Assembly (NCBI RefSeq): GCF_009914755.1
Contig: NC_060926.1
From: the human T2T-CHM13v2.0 reference genome, Homo sapiens
Strand: one strand, 5' to 3'
Length of the DNA: 64,000 bases
The notes under the pieces are model-generated. The model worked only from the letters and a program-made list of their open reading frames with translations. It made no database searches and was not told where the DNA came from. The first letter of the stretch is position 1. Every line of letters begins with the position of its first letter. Positions 53,336 through 64,000 of the stretch are shown here, piece by piece. The position numbers and the translations under genes were made by a program.

Positions 53336-55438
53336 TTCCTCGTGTGGCAACAGTCCTCTGACCTCAGTCATTTTCAAAGTCTAATGTCTTTTTGGCTAAC
53401 AAAAGACATCAAGCTAGAGATTAAAATTTGCAGAAGATGGGAGTTTTTTTGTTGTTTTCGGTTTTTTTTTTTTTTTTTTTTGAGACGGAGTCTCACTCTG
53501 TCACCCAGGCTGGAGTGCAGGTGATCATATCTACAAAGGTGACAAGAACATGAACCTGCAGTCCTGTTATCAGCATTTTGTAAGTGCTTCTTCTCATTCT
53601 AAAAATATGTATTGATTTTAAAAATGAATTCTGTAACAGGATAGCAACAGTAGTAAAAATCCTTTTTATGGAGAAATTTAGAGCTTTCAGCTAACATACA
53701 CACATACTCATTCAAATGAAACAGCTTGTCTTGTTTTAAAGAAATATTTCTGTTGTCCATTGTACAAATTTTAATAACTTGTCTTTCCTTTTTTTAGGTC
53801 TCTGTGTTCCAGATTTTTTTTTGTAACTATGAAATCCTTGCCTTGTAGTCAACTTAAAATGAAATAAATTTATCAGTGCAAATGAGTACACTGTGGTTCT
53901 TGTGTGGCAAAATTATGCAGGTGGTTTGAAGGATTCATTGTTTTATTAAAAGACTAGAAGAATGTACAAATGCTTTCCTTCTTTCTCATGTTTCTCTCAC
54001 CCAAACTGAAGTGGTCCATTTAAAATCTGATCTTCATAAAAGGAAGAGTTGTCACAGGACATCTGATTTATGAGCCATCTGATTTGCTTCTGCTGTAGTT
54101 CCACACTCTGCTGGGGTACAAAAATCAGGCACTTTTATTTCAGCCCTGACAACAGTGCGGCCTTCCCAAAGTATGAGAAGAGCAGCGTGCAGAGGTAATG
54201 TGCAGTCTTCCGAACAGAGCACTGAACTGGTTTTTAATGAAGGGTAATATGTACTTGGGGTCCAAACTCTAGTTAATTCCGGAAAACATATCCTCTCACT
54301 AGTGTTGGGTCTTAGTAAATGAGTGTTCTGTGTTGAATCCTTGCTTGAGAGGAAGGAGGTCATAATTGGTCAGGGATTCTATTTCTTTCTTTCTCTCTTT
54401 TTTTTTTTTTTTTTTTTTTAAAGAAAAGCAATTGCTTAGAATGAGATGAATCTATATCAGGGTATGTTTTTGTAGGATCATATTAATCATCTTACCCACA
54501 GACTGACTTTGTGGTCAAACTTTACTCATAAGGATTTATTAAAAGCAATGGTTTGGTTAAAAAAAAAAAAAAAAGGTATGTTTATGGGAGGAATGTAGAC
54601 ATTTAGTTGAAGTACAGTTGATAGACTTTGACCACTCAGGGATATTTTCTCCATGGACTGTCTTACAGAGGCAGAGCCTAACTGCATATGCTTCTTATGA
54701 CTCTGATGCATGAATGGCAGCCCTAAATGGGCTCCTCTTCACTTATTCCTTCTCCCCAATCTCCCCAGCACTGTGTTCTGTTTCCTTCCCTGCAAGAGTC
54801 TGCGTTTATCAGTCAGGTACTCCTGTCCTCAGAGTGCCAGGCCAGCTCTGCATCCTTCTCCACAAGACCAGGCTGAAGTCTGCCTGTTCACCTGTTGATG
54901 CTACACAGTTTGAGCTCAAGCTCCTTATTCTTTGCCGGCTTCCCTTTTTTGAGTTCCAGTGGAGTGGTACTCTTGTGTCAGAGGGATTCAGCACTGCCCA
55001 CTATGTCATGGTACTCTGCGCTGCTCCTCTTGGGTCTGGATGGGGCCACAGTTGTCCAGTCCCATCATGCTGCAGCCCTAAGCTCCAGAGGGTGACCTTG
55101 ATAGGATGCACATCCTGGAGCTTAATTTCATAAGCCTTGGGGGCCTGCAAGCAGGAGGAGTTGGAAGCCCTTGAGAGGCCAGATCCTGTGGGTTTGAGCG
55201 CAGAGTCTACAGAGTTAAAACCTGCAGAACAAAGAAATCAAAAGAAGGACATAAAGAAAGTTTGGGAGACATTGAGTCTGCAAAGCAAAGAAATCCAGTA
55301 TTGCAAGGGGAAGATTTTGCTTTGGGAGGTTGAAGTTTTGTTTGCCCTCCGAATGAAAGTGGTATTTCTGTTCGTTAGCCAAAAAATCATCAGACTTTGA
55401 AAATCAGTGAGGTCAGAGGACTGTTGCCACACCAGGAA
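53336..55438. repeat. 65-bp long-range inverted repeat (arms 53336-53400 and 55374-55438)
   Basis: 59 of 65 positions are identical between arm 1 and the reverse complement of arm 2, without gaps. Confidence 0.93.
53445..53526 (-). mobile_element. Short Alu 3' fragment
   Basis: Poly-T followed by GAGACGGAGTCTCACTCTGTCACCCAGGCTGGAGTGCAG, then unique sequence. Confidence 0.88.
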
Positions 55439-56294
55439 TCAGAATTGTGGCATTGGAAGTTTCTTCAGAAAAGCACCTTTAGGCCCGCCCAACTTTACAG
55501 ATTAAGGAAGTGAGACCCATAAAAGTTTGTCATGTTCTCTTATTTTAAAAGATATCTCGACCATGTCTGCAGTTATGGCCTCTTTTTCCTGCCTCACCCA
55601 AAGGGGTCGAGGAGCTTTCTCTTGCCCACTCTGGAGAGAACTCCTGGGGCCCCCCCGCTGCTCTCCCTGCCCCATGACTTTGTCCCAGAATACAGAACAC
55701 AGTGGGCTGGATCAGCCTCTGCTGAACTTTTCCCTGCCAGCCTCCCTGCCCGCCTTCTTGCCCCCGCCCCTACCCCCCACACAGGAATCTAGAGCCCTCC
55801 CAGTGGTGGTGTGAAGCCTCTGGAATGTGGCACTCTGACCCCTGGCAGTTGAGTGTCCTGGATGGACCTGGCCTGGGAAACAGGAAGGACTCGGGGGAGG
55901 GGGAAGGAGTGCCCCATGGCCTTGAGGTGGGATGGAGGGAAAGGAAATGCTGCCCAGCGCGGCCCCACAGGCAGCTCCCGCTAGACTCCCACACTGGGGG
56001 CGGGGCTGGCAGGGCAGGGAGCCGGCAGGTTTCCTCAGACCAGGCCTGTGGCCCCGGGGCCTCTGGCAGAGCCAGGCTCAGGAAGGTGAACTGCCAGAGC
56101 AGTTGGGGTGAGGAGGAAAGGATGTGAGGGGAAGGAGGAGGAGCAGGCCAGAATGCAGAAGCAATTGTAGTAGGAGAGGACAAAGGTGATGGATGAGAAA
56201 AGGAATGTCCAGTGACTGTGTGGACTAGACACACTTCTCACTTTAGAAACCAAGTATATTAGAAAGCGGAAAAGACCCTCCTAAAGAAACTTCC

Positions 56295-56449
56295 AGCCAG
56301 GTGCAGTGGCTCGTGCCTGTAATCCCAGCTACTCAGGAGGCTGAGGCAGGAGAATTGCCTGAACCGGGGAGGCAGAGGTTGCAGTGAGCCGAGATTACGC
56401 TACTGTACTCCAGCCTGTATGATAGAGTGAGACTTCGTCTCAAAAAAAA
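56295..56449 (+). mobile_element. Monomeric Alu (left-arm start fused to right arm)
   Basis: GCCAGGTGCAGTGGCTCGTGCCTGTAATCCCAGCTACTCAGGAGG...CTCAAAAAAA, flanked by AAA(A/C)CTTCCA. Confidence 0.88.
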
Positions 56450-58199
56450 CCTTCCATGCCATTTTTATTTTAGAGTAAAGCACACCCCATTTGGATACCC
56501 CAGTGCTTTTTAACATGCTCAGCCTTGGCAAAGATAGGGTCACTGGGGTTAGTGAAAGGGGTGGGTGCACATGCAAGTGTGAGGCCAACTGTTACTCACC
56601 TGTCCCTTTCTGTTTTCTTTCATTGGTGGACCCACCTGGACCACACTTGGGTCTGTTACCTCCCTCAAAGAGGTTTCCAGAAAAACCTGAGGACGTGCCT
56701 CAGGGTGATGATATGCCCAGCAGCTCTTTGCTCCTCTCCGGGATTAGGGAACCTTGTATCCTCAACTTCCTCCTAATTAAAGCCTTTGGCAGAATCAGGA
56801 TGCAGAACCAGGGCCTGGAACCGCCTCAGTAAACCCCTGTGGAACCACTAGCAGATCATGCTGTTTCCAAACTGCGCGTGTTGGCAAGCCAGCTTTTCAC
56901 TGGGGATGTTTAAAATTAAATTCCATGCTCTTGGGAAAGGAATAGAAACTATAGGCAGAGTCTGTTTCTGAAACACCTGTTTTAAGTGGAAAGCGATCCT
57001 AACTGCTGCCATACCTGAAGGGCTTGTGTTTCCTGTGCAGCTGGAATCTCTCTGTGCTGAGTAAATTAACTTCTGTGCCCAGGGTAGTCTTGAATGATAA
57101 TTAGTGCTCCGTGGCCATGCCACACATCCTGTCTGAAGCAAGGGTGCTAATAATGTCCTTTCCTCTCTTCTCACAAGACATTATATGAAGTCCTAGGAAT
57201 AGTGGTCCTGGTGCTAAATAGAAATGTCGTGGTTATGGCACTAATTTATTGGGCCTGCCAGCCCAGGTGTGCAGCATCCCTTTCCTCCACCCGATTGATA
57301 AGACACCAGGTGAGGTCCAGTGTGATGCTCCAGGCAGTGCTGCAGCTGAGTTGGCCTGTGTCTCCTGGCTCAAGGGGTGCATCTTCTGGTCTGCCTTGAG
57401 AACTTACCAGTCTTCCATAAATTGGAAGTTCAAAGCAATGGAATGAACAATGGAGAGAACAAGCACATACACATAAGTTAAAAGCTGTGCATCTCTGTAT
57501 ATTCTAATCCTTTGAAACTTGGTGATCATTATTGTTCATTACATAGGATATGGATTTGATCAGAGCATCCTTTGGGAGTTGTCTGCATTTGGTATTTCCT
57601 TTTATATCCTGAAAGCTGTTAGTTCTTGAAAGGTGTATTGAACCTAATAAAATAGTAATTAGAGGTATTTCCACAAATTGTGAGCTTTGTCATTTGGATA
57701 GTGTTTTTGAGACTTCTTTTCCACTCTAAATACCAACTTTAAATAGAATAATATGACAGAATTATGATCTTGAAAAATTTATCTACTTAACTGCATGTGG
57801 GAATACATATTTCTGTAGCATGTGGAAAAAGGACTGAGTGATGCATACCTGTTATATTTACATTTTCTTTTGGAAGCAAATTATTTTCTACATGTGTATG
57901 TTTATGCCTACATGTGTTCTAATTTGAAATGTAAAAATCTATAAAAAATTTTTCCTTGACTGCTATGTTTTAAAATATCTGAAAGTTACCTGCTTCCTAG
58001 TCCTTGGAAGGCCTGAATTATTATAAAGTTTATTTCTTTGCATCTCAATCATTCCCAAAAGATTTTAAATATGAATGCATAAGTAGTGAATAAACAAACC
58101 TGAAAGTTTGATACCTACAGAACATTTTTAAAGCTGCTTCTTTTTTTCCATGCAGTATTGTTAGTAGAGTATAATACTAGTTATGTCGTAGAGCAGTCA

Positions 58200-58960
58200 C
58201 TTACTCATTTATTTACTTCAGCAAGTGGATATTGGGGCCTGCTGTGTGTTCAGCACAGAGTGAGTATAGAAATGAGGGAAGCAGTTTCTGCTCTCAAGAA
58301 GCTCAGCAATGCCTTAGGATAAGGGAAGTGCTGGGGGCGGGTGTGCTGGAAAGAGAGAGGGATGGGTGGAAGAAAATTGAAAATCAGACTTCTTTGAAGA
58401 AAAGATACTTAAGCTGGGCACACTATGGTAGTAGCAGCTTTCTAGGTAGACCGGAGGAAAAAAAAGTGTTCCTAAGCAGAGAAATGGGATCCGTAAAGGC
58501 CCATTGGAGTGAACATGCATAGTATACTCAGGGAATCAGTTGATTGAGTAAATATTTATGGAGGCCCTACTATGTGCTGAGCCCTGTTCCAGGTGCAGAA
58601 GATACAGCAGTGAACGAGACAAAAATTCTTACCAACTGGAGCTTTCTGATAGACAGAATCAGCCAAATTAGTAAGGAAAACATACAGCATACAAGAGGAG
58701 AGAAGTGCTACGGAGAAAAATAAAGCTGAGAAAGGGGACAGAGACAACCACAGTGGTATCTGGTTTGCAGTTTTAATGGTCTGCCAAAGTCTTGCCAGAA
58801 GTTGAGGTTGATTGAAGACCTGAAGGTGTGCTGGAGTGAACCATGCACACACCTGGAGTAGGATGTTCCAGACAGAGGGAACACAAGTGCCAAAGCCTTG
58901 AGGCTGCAGTAGCCGGGGAAGGGAAGAGCAGCTGTCTGCACAGTGGGAGGTAACTGGACG
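58200..58960 (+). mobile_element. L2 remnants
   Basis: AAATATTTATGGAGGCCCTACTATGTGCTGAGCCCTGTTCCAGGTGCAGAAGATACAGCAGTGAACGAGACA...TTCCAGACAGAGGGAACACAAGTGCCAAAG. Orientation is approximate. Confidence 0.7.
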
Positions 58961-61900
58961 GTCAGCTAGGGCTAGGCACAGGCCTCATTTATCAGTGTGA
59001 GGGGTCAGACTTGACCCTGTGGTCAGGAGAGTGCCATCATAGATTTATAGATACGGCTTGTGCTGTCATCTCTGGGACCCCCAAAGTGAGGACCCAGTGA
59101 GTTGGAGCTGAGTGTCTGTTAGGTATAGAGGTAAGATACTACACAAAGGAAACTCAGTTTTGTGAAAAACGTGTAAATATGTTTTTCAAACATGTTCTTA
59201 AGACTTTTTAATCTTTCTATGTTCTTGTTGTCTGGTTTATTTCCCATGAATGTTAGGGATCAGATCACTGCTGTGTAAATAATAGTCCACCCAAGGTATT
59301 CATATGCATTTCTTGACATGGCCTAAGGCAAGAGTCCTGCTTTCCATTGTCCCCTAATTTATATTTGCTTCTTTCTGGAGAGTTTTAAAATGAATTTCAA
59401 GGGCTTGATGCCTTTAAAATCAGTGGATCAGGCCCTGTGTTGCGAGATTTCTTAATGGGCCACAGTTGTCTCTGTGATTCTCATTTCCAGTTTATAGCAC
59501 TACTGTCCACCTAAACATACACTAACCATGTGGATCTTAATGATGTTTTAAGAAAAAAGGTTTTGACATACATGCCAGACTTCCACTTAAGATGAAACTG
59601 GGCAACTAGGAAATGGTATGCCGTACATATGAAGCACTGTTTATTGAATATTGGTGGCAAATTTTGTTTTGTTGCTAGGACCAGATTCTTGGAGTGTGTA
59701 GTAGGAATAAATAAGACCAAACACAATCTTGCTTCACTGAAAAAAAAAAAAAAATCAAAGGTTTGGGTTTTTAGGCAAGATATTTAGGGAAGATATTTCT
59801 TTGTAGACCAGTATTAGAGTTAATGGCAAGGATCAGTAGTATAATCGTTGGAATTTATGTCACTCTTTCATTTATCTTCCACTTGGTTTATTTTGAAGAC
59901 TTCAGATAAATTATTAAGGTAAAGTGCATAGGAGTGCTGAAGTTGATTTGTAAAAGCATTCCTTGCAAAAATGATTGCTAGCTGATTTCACAAAGTTGTT
60001 ATCCTGAAAAGATTCCTTATTGCAACTTCCAGATCATTACACCTTTTAAAAACTATTATTTGCTTTTCAGGAGTATTGCTGTATATGAAGGTCTTAGCAA
60101 AGAACCTCTCGTTTTCCTCGATGATAGATTAGTTGAGATCATGTTTATATTGGTGGGTTTTCAGTTCTGATGGCTCTGCAGCTCTGTTCCTTGGCTGCAA
60201 GGTGTCATAGAGGGGCCTCTGCTTGTCCTGGTGGTTAAAGGACCATCAGCAGGAGTCTCCAGGCCGTATTACTGGAGACGGACCTCACCAGAGTGAGATG
60301 GGAGAATTAGTGGTGTTCCTGTCCTTCTTTTCCCTGATGCTCAGGTCTTCCGGATTGACATTAACTTGAAATTTTGCCCAGCCTTTGACTACCTCACTTT
60401 CCTGTTTCTTCAGCTCCTCATGTCCCCTGCTGGGTGACAGCCTATATGGGATTTAGACCTAGGTTGCTCAGCTTCCCTCCTCAGTAAAACTGATGAATCC
60501 ATGGAGAGTGCTTATTCCAGTGTCTGGCACATAGAAAGTGCTCAGTGAGTGTTAGCTGTTATCAGAAGATTAGTCTCAGGGGGTGAAATGTGCTTTATTA
60601 TCTGTGCTACCTCTTCACCTAGTATAATGAAAAATGTATATCCTTCACAGTGCTTATTTTCAGAGCACCATGTGTATTTAATTGTTAGAAGGTCTAGTCA
60701 CATTTCTTTTCACTCTAGTGGTTCACACTTTTGGATGTGTGCAATTCCCATACCTAGTCTTCTGGTTTACTCTTGGTGATTTGACTAACAGATTTTAGGT
60801 TAGAGCATCCATTAATATTTATAAAATGGTACTGTGCATTATTCATGTCCTCAAGTCACATTCTGGCAAGAAGCATTAACGTGTGTCACATTATCTAATT
60901 ATTGTCATAATACACAGAAGTGGCAGGAAGGGAGATTAAAAGTTTATTATTTAAGTTATTATTTATTTATCTAACATGGTTGAGGCATATTATATTCATT
61001 CACTCTTTTGACATGTCATAAATATTGATTTGTGGAAGTGTTGCTTGATACAGTATTGAGGTTAAAATAAAACTTGCGCTAATATTAATATTTCACAAGT
61101 AGGAAGACTGAGATCCAAAGATGTTTCTCTGTTATTTCTAAATAATTGACTTTCTTCCTCTACCAACAAACTTACTTTCCAGAAAAAGTTTGCTGCTCAA
61201 AGATTCACATTGCTTTGATTAAATTCATGTGCTCGTCCTCTCTATCCCTATTTATTCCTTCTGCAGGTATTTATTTTGCTAAGCTACTATTTGCTAAGCC
61301 CTATGATAGTTCAGTGATGAAGAGTAAAAAGTAGATCGTTAGTTTCAAAGAACCCACTTCGGGTAAAGGAGATTAGATGAACAATTTCATTGTGCTGCTG
61401 TAAGTGAAGTAATTTTAATAGATATGCAGTAGAAGTCCTACACTGGAAATAGTACTTAATTCAGTCCCTATAGAGTGGGGAAACCTAAAGGAAGTATTAA
61501 CCACTGAGGAGAAGTTTCCAGTGCAGATGAAGAGAAGTAGCTTTCTAGGCAGAGAGAACAGCCATGAATGTCATGAAACAACATGGGACATTCAGGCAAT
61601 TCATAGTCACTAAGTCTTACTGGAGGAAGAGGAAGGCATGGCAGAGATGAGGTTGAAGAAGTTTGCTGGGATCAAGTCTAAACTGGCTTTGTGTTATTCC
61701 ATGCCGGGTACTCAAATGACTGCATGTTGGACTTCATTTTGTAGACCATTGCTTTGCAACTCCATATCCTTAAGAAGTTTGGTTAGGCTGTTCTCTTAAC
61801 ACTCCTTGCTGGGTGTTACTTACATTAAAGCACCTCTGTAGGAGGATAAAACACTGTGAACCAGGTATGTAAGAGACAGCTAATGACCTGGCTTAATCCA

Positions 61901-64000
61901 AGGATGTCTTTTTAGAGTATCCTGATGAAGAGATCAAATAGGAAATAATTAGACATTTCTCCAAAATACTTTTTTCCTCAACCAAGATTTATTAATTTTT
62001 AAGTAAGAGTATGTTTGATAACTGAAAATTGATATCCTTTGAAGCTGGATAAACATGCAGTTACATTTTTTACTGGACATTCAAGTTCAGAGACAGCTGC
62101 GTTGCTTAATCATGGCATGTGTCTGAATAGAAGGCTGATCTAGCACAGCACAAACATGGAACAGGGGAGAAGACCTGAGATTTTCCTTGGAAACTATTGG
62201 ATTTTACTCTCAAAGCAGAGGGAATATAAGAGAGTTAAGGTCTGTGCCACAAAGTGCAGCTAGGAAAACATGTAAATGGGCATTAAATACCTACCTTGGT
62301 GATTTAAAAAATTTCGGAAATGGAGCCATTCAGTGTCTAACTTTGAGTAACTTCCTGGTAAAACCTCAAAAGAGAAAGTGATTGAAAAAATAGACATCAG
62401 AGTATCTGGATGAGTTAACATGCTGTGTGAGACTACTCATTAAAAGCCATTTATAAGATGTCTTAATAATCTTTCTCAAGAACCAGTTTTTTAATTTTGT
62501 TAACTGTTTTTGTTGCTTTTACTTTCTCCATAGATTTATTATTTCCATCCTCCTTGATTCTTTGGACTTACTCTGTTGCTCTTTTTTCAAGTTGGATGCT
62601 TAGTTCATTCTTTTTTTTTTTTTCAGCTTGTCTTATGCCCTGTGAAATTTCCCTTTAAACACTGTCTTAACTGTGTCCCCATCAATGTTGACATATGGTA
62701 CTTCCACTGTTCTTCATTTTTAAGTATTTGGTAAGTTCCCTATAAACCCCTCACATTAAAAAATCTTTTTATTATAGAAACTTCCAAATATATACAGAAG
62801 TAGAGACAGTTGTGTAATGACAGAGTGCTTCAGCAGTTGTCAGTTCATAGCCAATCCTGTTTTATTAAACGAGATTTACTGAGACCTCAGCTAGTAAATC
62901 CTCTAAGAATGGAGATACTGGAAAGGTCCTGGAAAGTGATATTTATTACATTAAAAGACCTTTGGCTTGCCTTACTCTACATAGTGACTTTGTTTTCAAA
63001 ACAAAGTCTAATTGGTCTGATAATGGAACATTATTTTAAATTTAAATTATGACTGCCATAGGCATATGATTCTCTGGCACTGTCCCCAATAAATTGTTAG
63101 CATTGTACAATTTCAATAAAGATGCTAGAATCAAACACAAGGATAAAGTCTAAAGGGGCCTCATGGATTATCCATTCTATGTCCTTTTTGTAATTAAAAA
63201 ATTGGAGCTTAGAGAGCTAAATGCCTTGTTTGGGGTCCTGCCGTGAATGAGTGACAGAGCTAAGGTTGTGGTCTCCTGGGCCAAGGTCCTCTCCATTACA
63301 CCATCCCCCTCTGGGCTGTTTCTTCGTATGCAGTTTAAGATGGCCCCTAGGTTAGGCAGAACTGTGAAGTAGGAGAGTTGTGTCCCGTAGCCCCAATTTC
63401 TCCTGTCCTTATCATTTCTTGTTTCATGAAACATGAAACATGAAACTGGTGCTTCTCTGTTAGTTGTATTGCTGAGGTGTATGATGAAAAGTACAGCAAT
63501 GGGACATATACTTAATAACAAATATTTTGCTGTAAGTTGATTTATTATATTGGATCAGTACTGCTTGTTTTTCAGTGATTTCCTCACTTGGACATAATAC
63601 AAATCAGTGTTCTTGTTGTTTGTTATACATTTAGACATTTACATCAGTTTAAAAGTTAGTCTTCAACAAATATTTGTGTCCACACTTTAGTATTCCATTG
63701 TTTGAAAGATTCAGGCTTTGTCCACTCTGGTTTATAGTTACATATGCTTAAAATTTTTTCACTTTGTGGAAATGTCTGTAAAATACATTTTTGTAACATG
63801 AATCATTTCTACTGATAACCATAAATTTGCCCTTCCTGCTTTGCACTGATTGCGGCACAAGGAAGAGAAAGAGAAGGAAGCACCAGCTTTGGGAACATAG
63901 GCCTTAAGCTTGAAGCAGAGAGAATGAAAGCAGACTGTATTAGATTCCTCCTCGAGCAGAACGGAATGCCTGATAACAGCCAGCCAGGAGCTGGGGGAGT

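Noticed and set aside
53336-55438. Inverted repeat as the termini of a 2.1-kb DNA transposon
   Set aside because: No flanking TSD, no recognised TIR motif and no transposase remnant; kept only as an unexplained inverted repeat.

Overview
Primate (human-like) genomic DNA, not microbial. The window is centred on a large CpG island (~29.7-32.4 kb) containing the promoter, the GC-rich AUG-free leader and the first coding exon of CRIM1 (+ strand; ATG 30948, donor after 31278; signal peptide plus IGFBP-type domain). A divergent minus-strand lncRNA (CRIM1-DT) probably starts from the same island. Bases 1-29 kb are repeat-rich intergenic DNA (old L1, Alu, MIR, L2, MER/Tigger/Charlie, MLT1, microsatellites). 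Bases 31279-64000 are CRIM1 intron 1; exon 2 is not in the window. Nearly all other listed ORFs are repeat or GC-composition artefacts. I cannot support a wholly new biological system. The best leads are: (i) a cryptic 142-nt exon at 43763-43904 with recursive-splice/poison-exon or alternative-first-exon architecture; (ii) a 28-bp hairpin just downstream of it; (iii) a second candidate poison exon at ~52982-53180 followed by a 65-bp non-Alu inverted repeat spanning 2 kb; (iv) several template-switch or templated-insertion scars; (v) a Hox/Pbx motif cluster upstream. Repeat family names and boundaries were judged by eye and are approximate.
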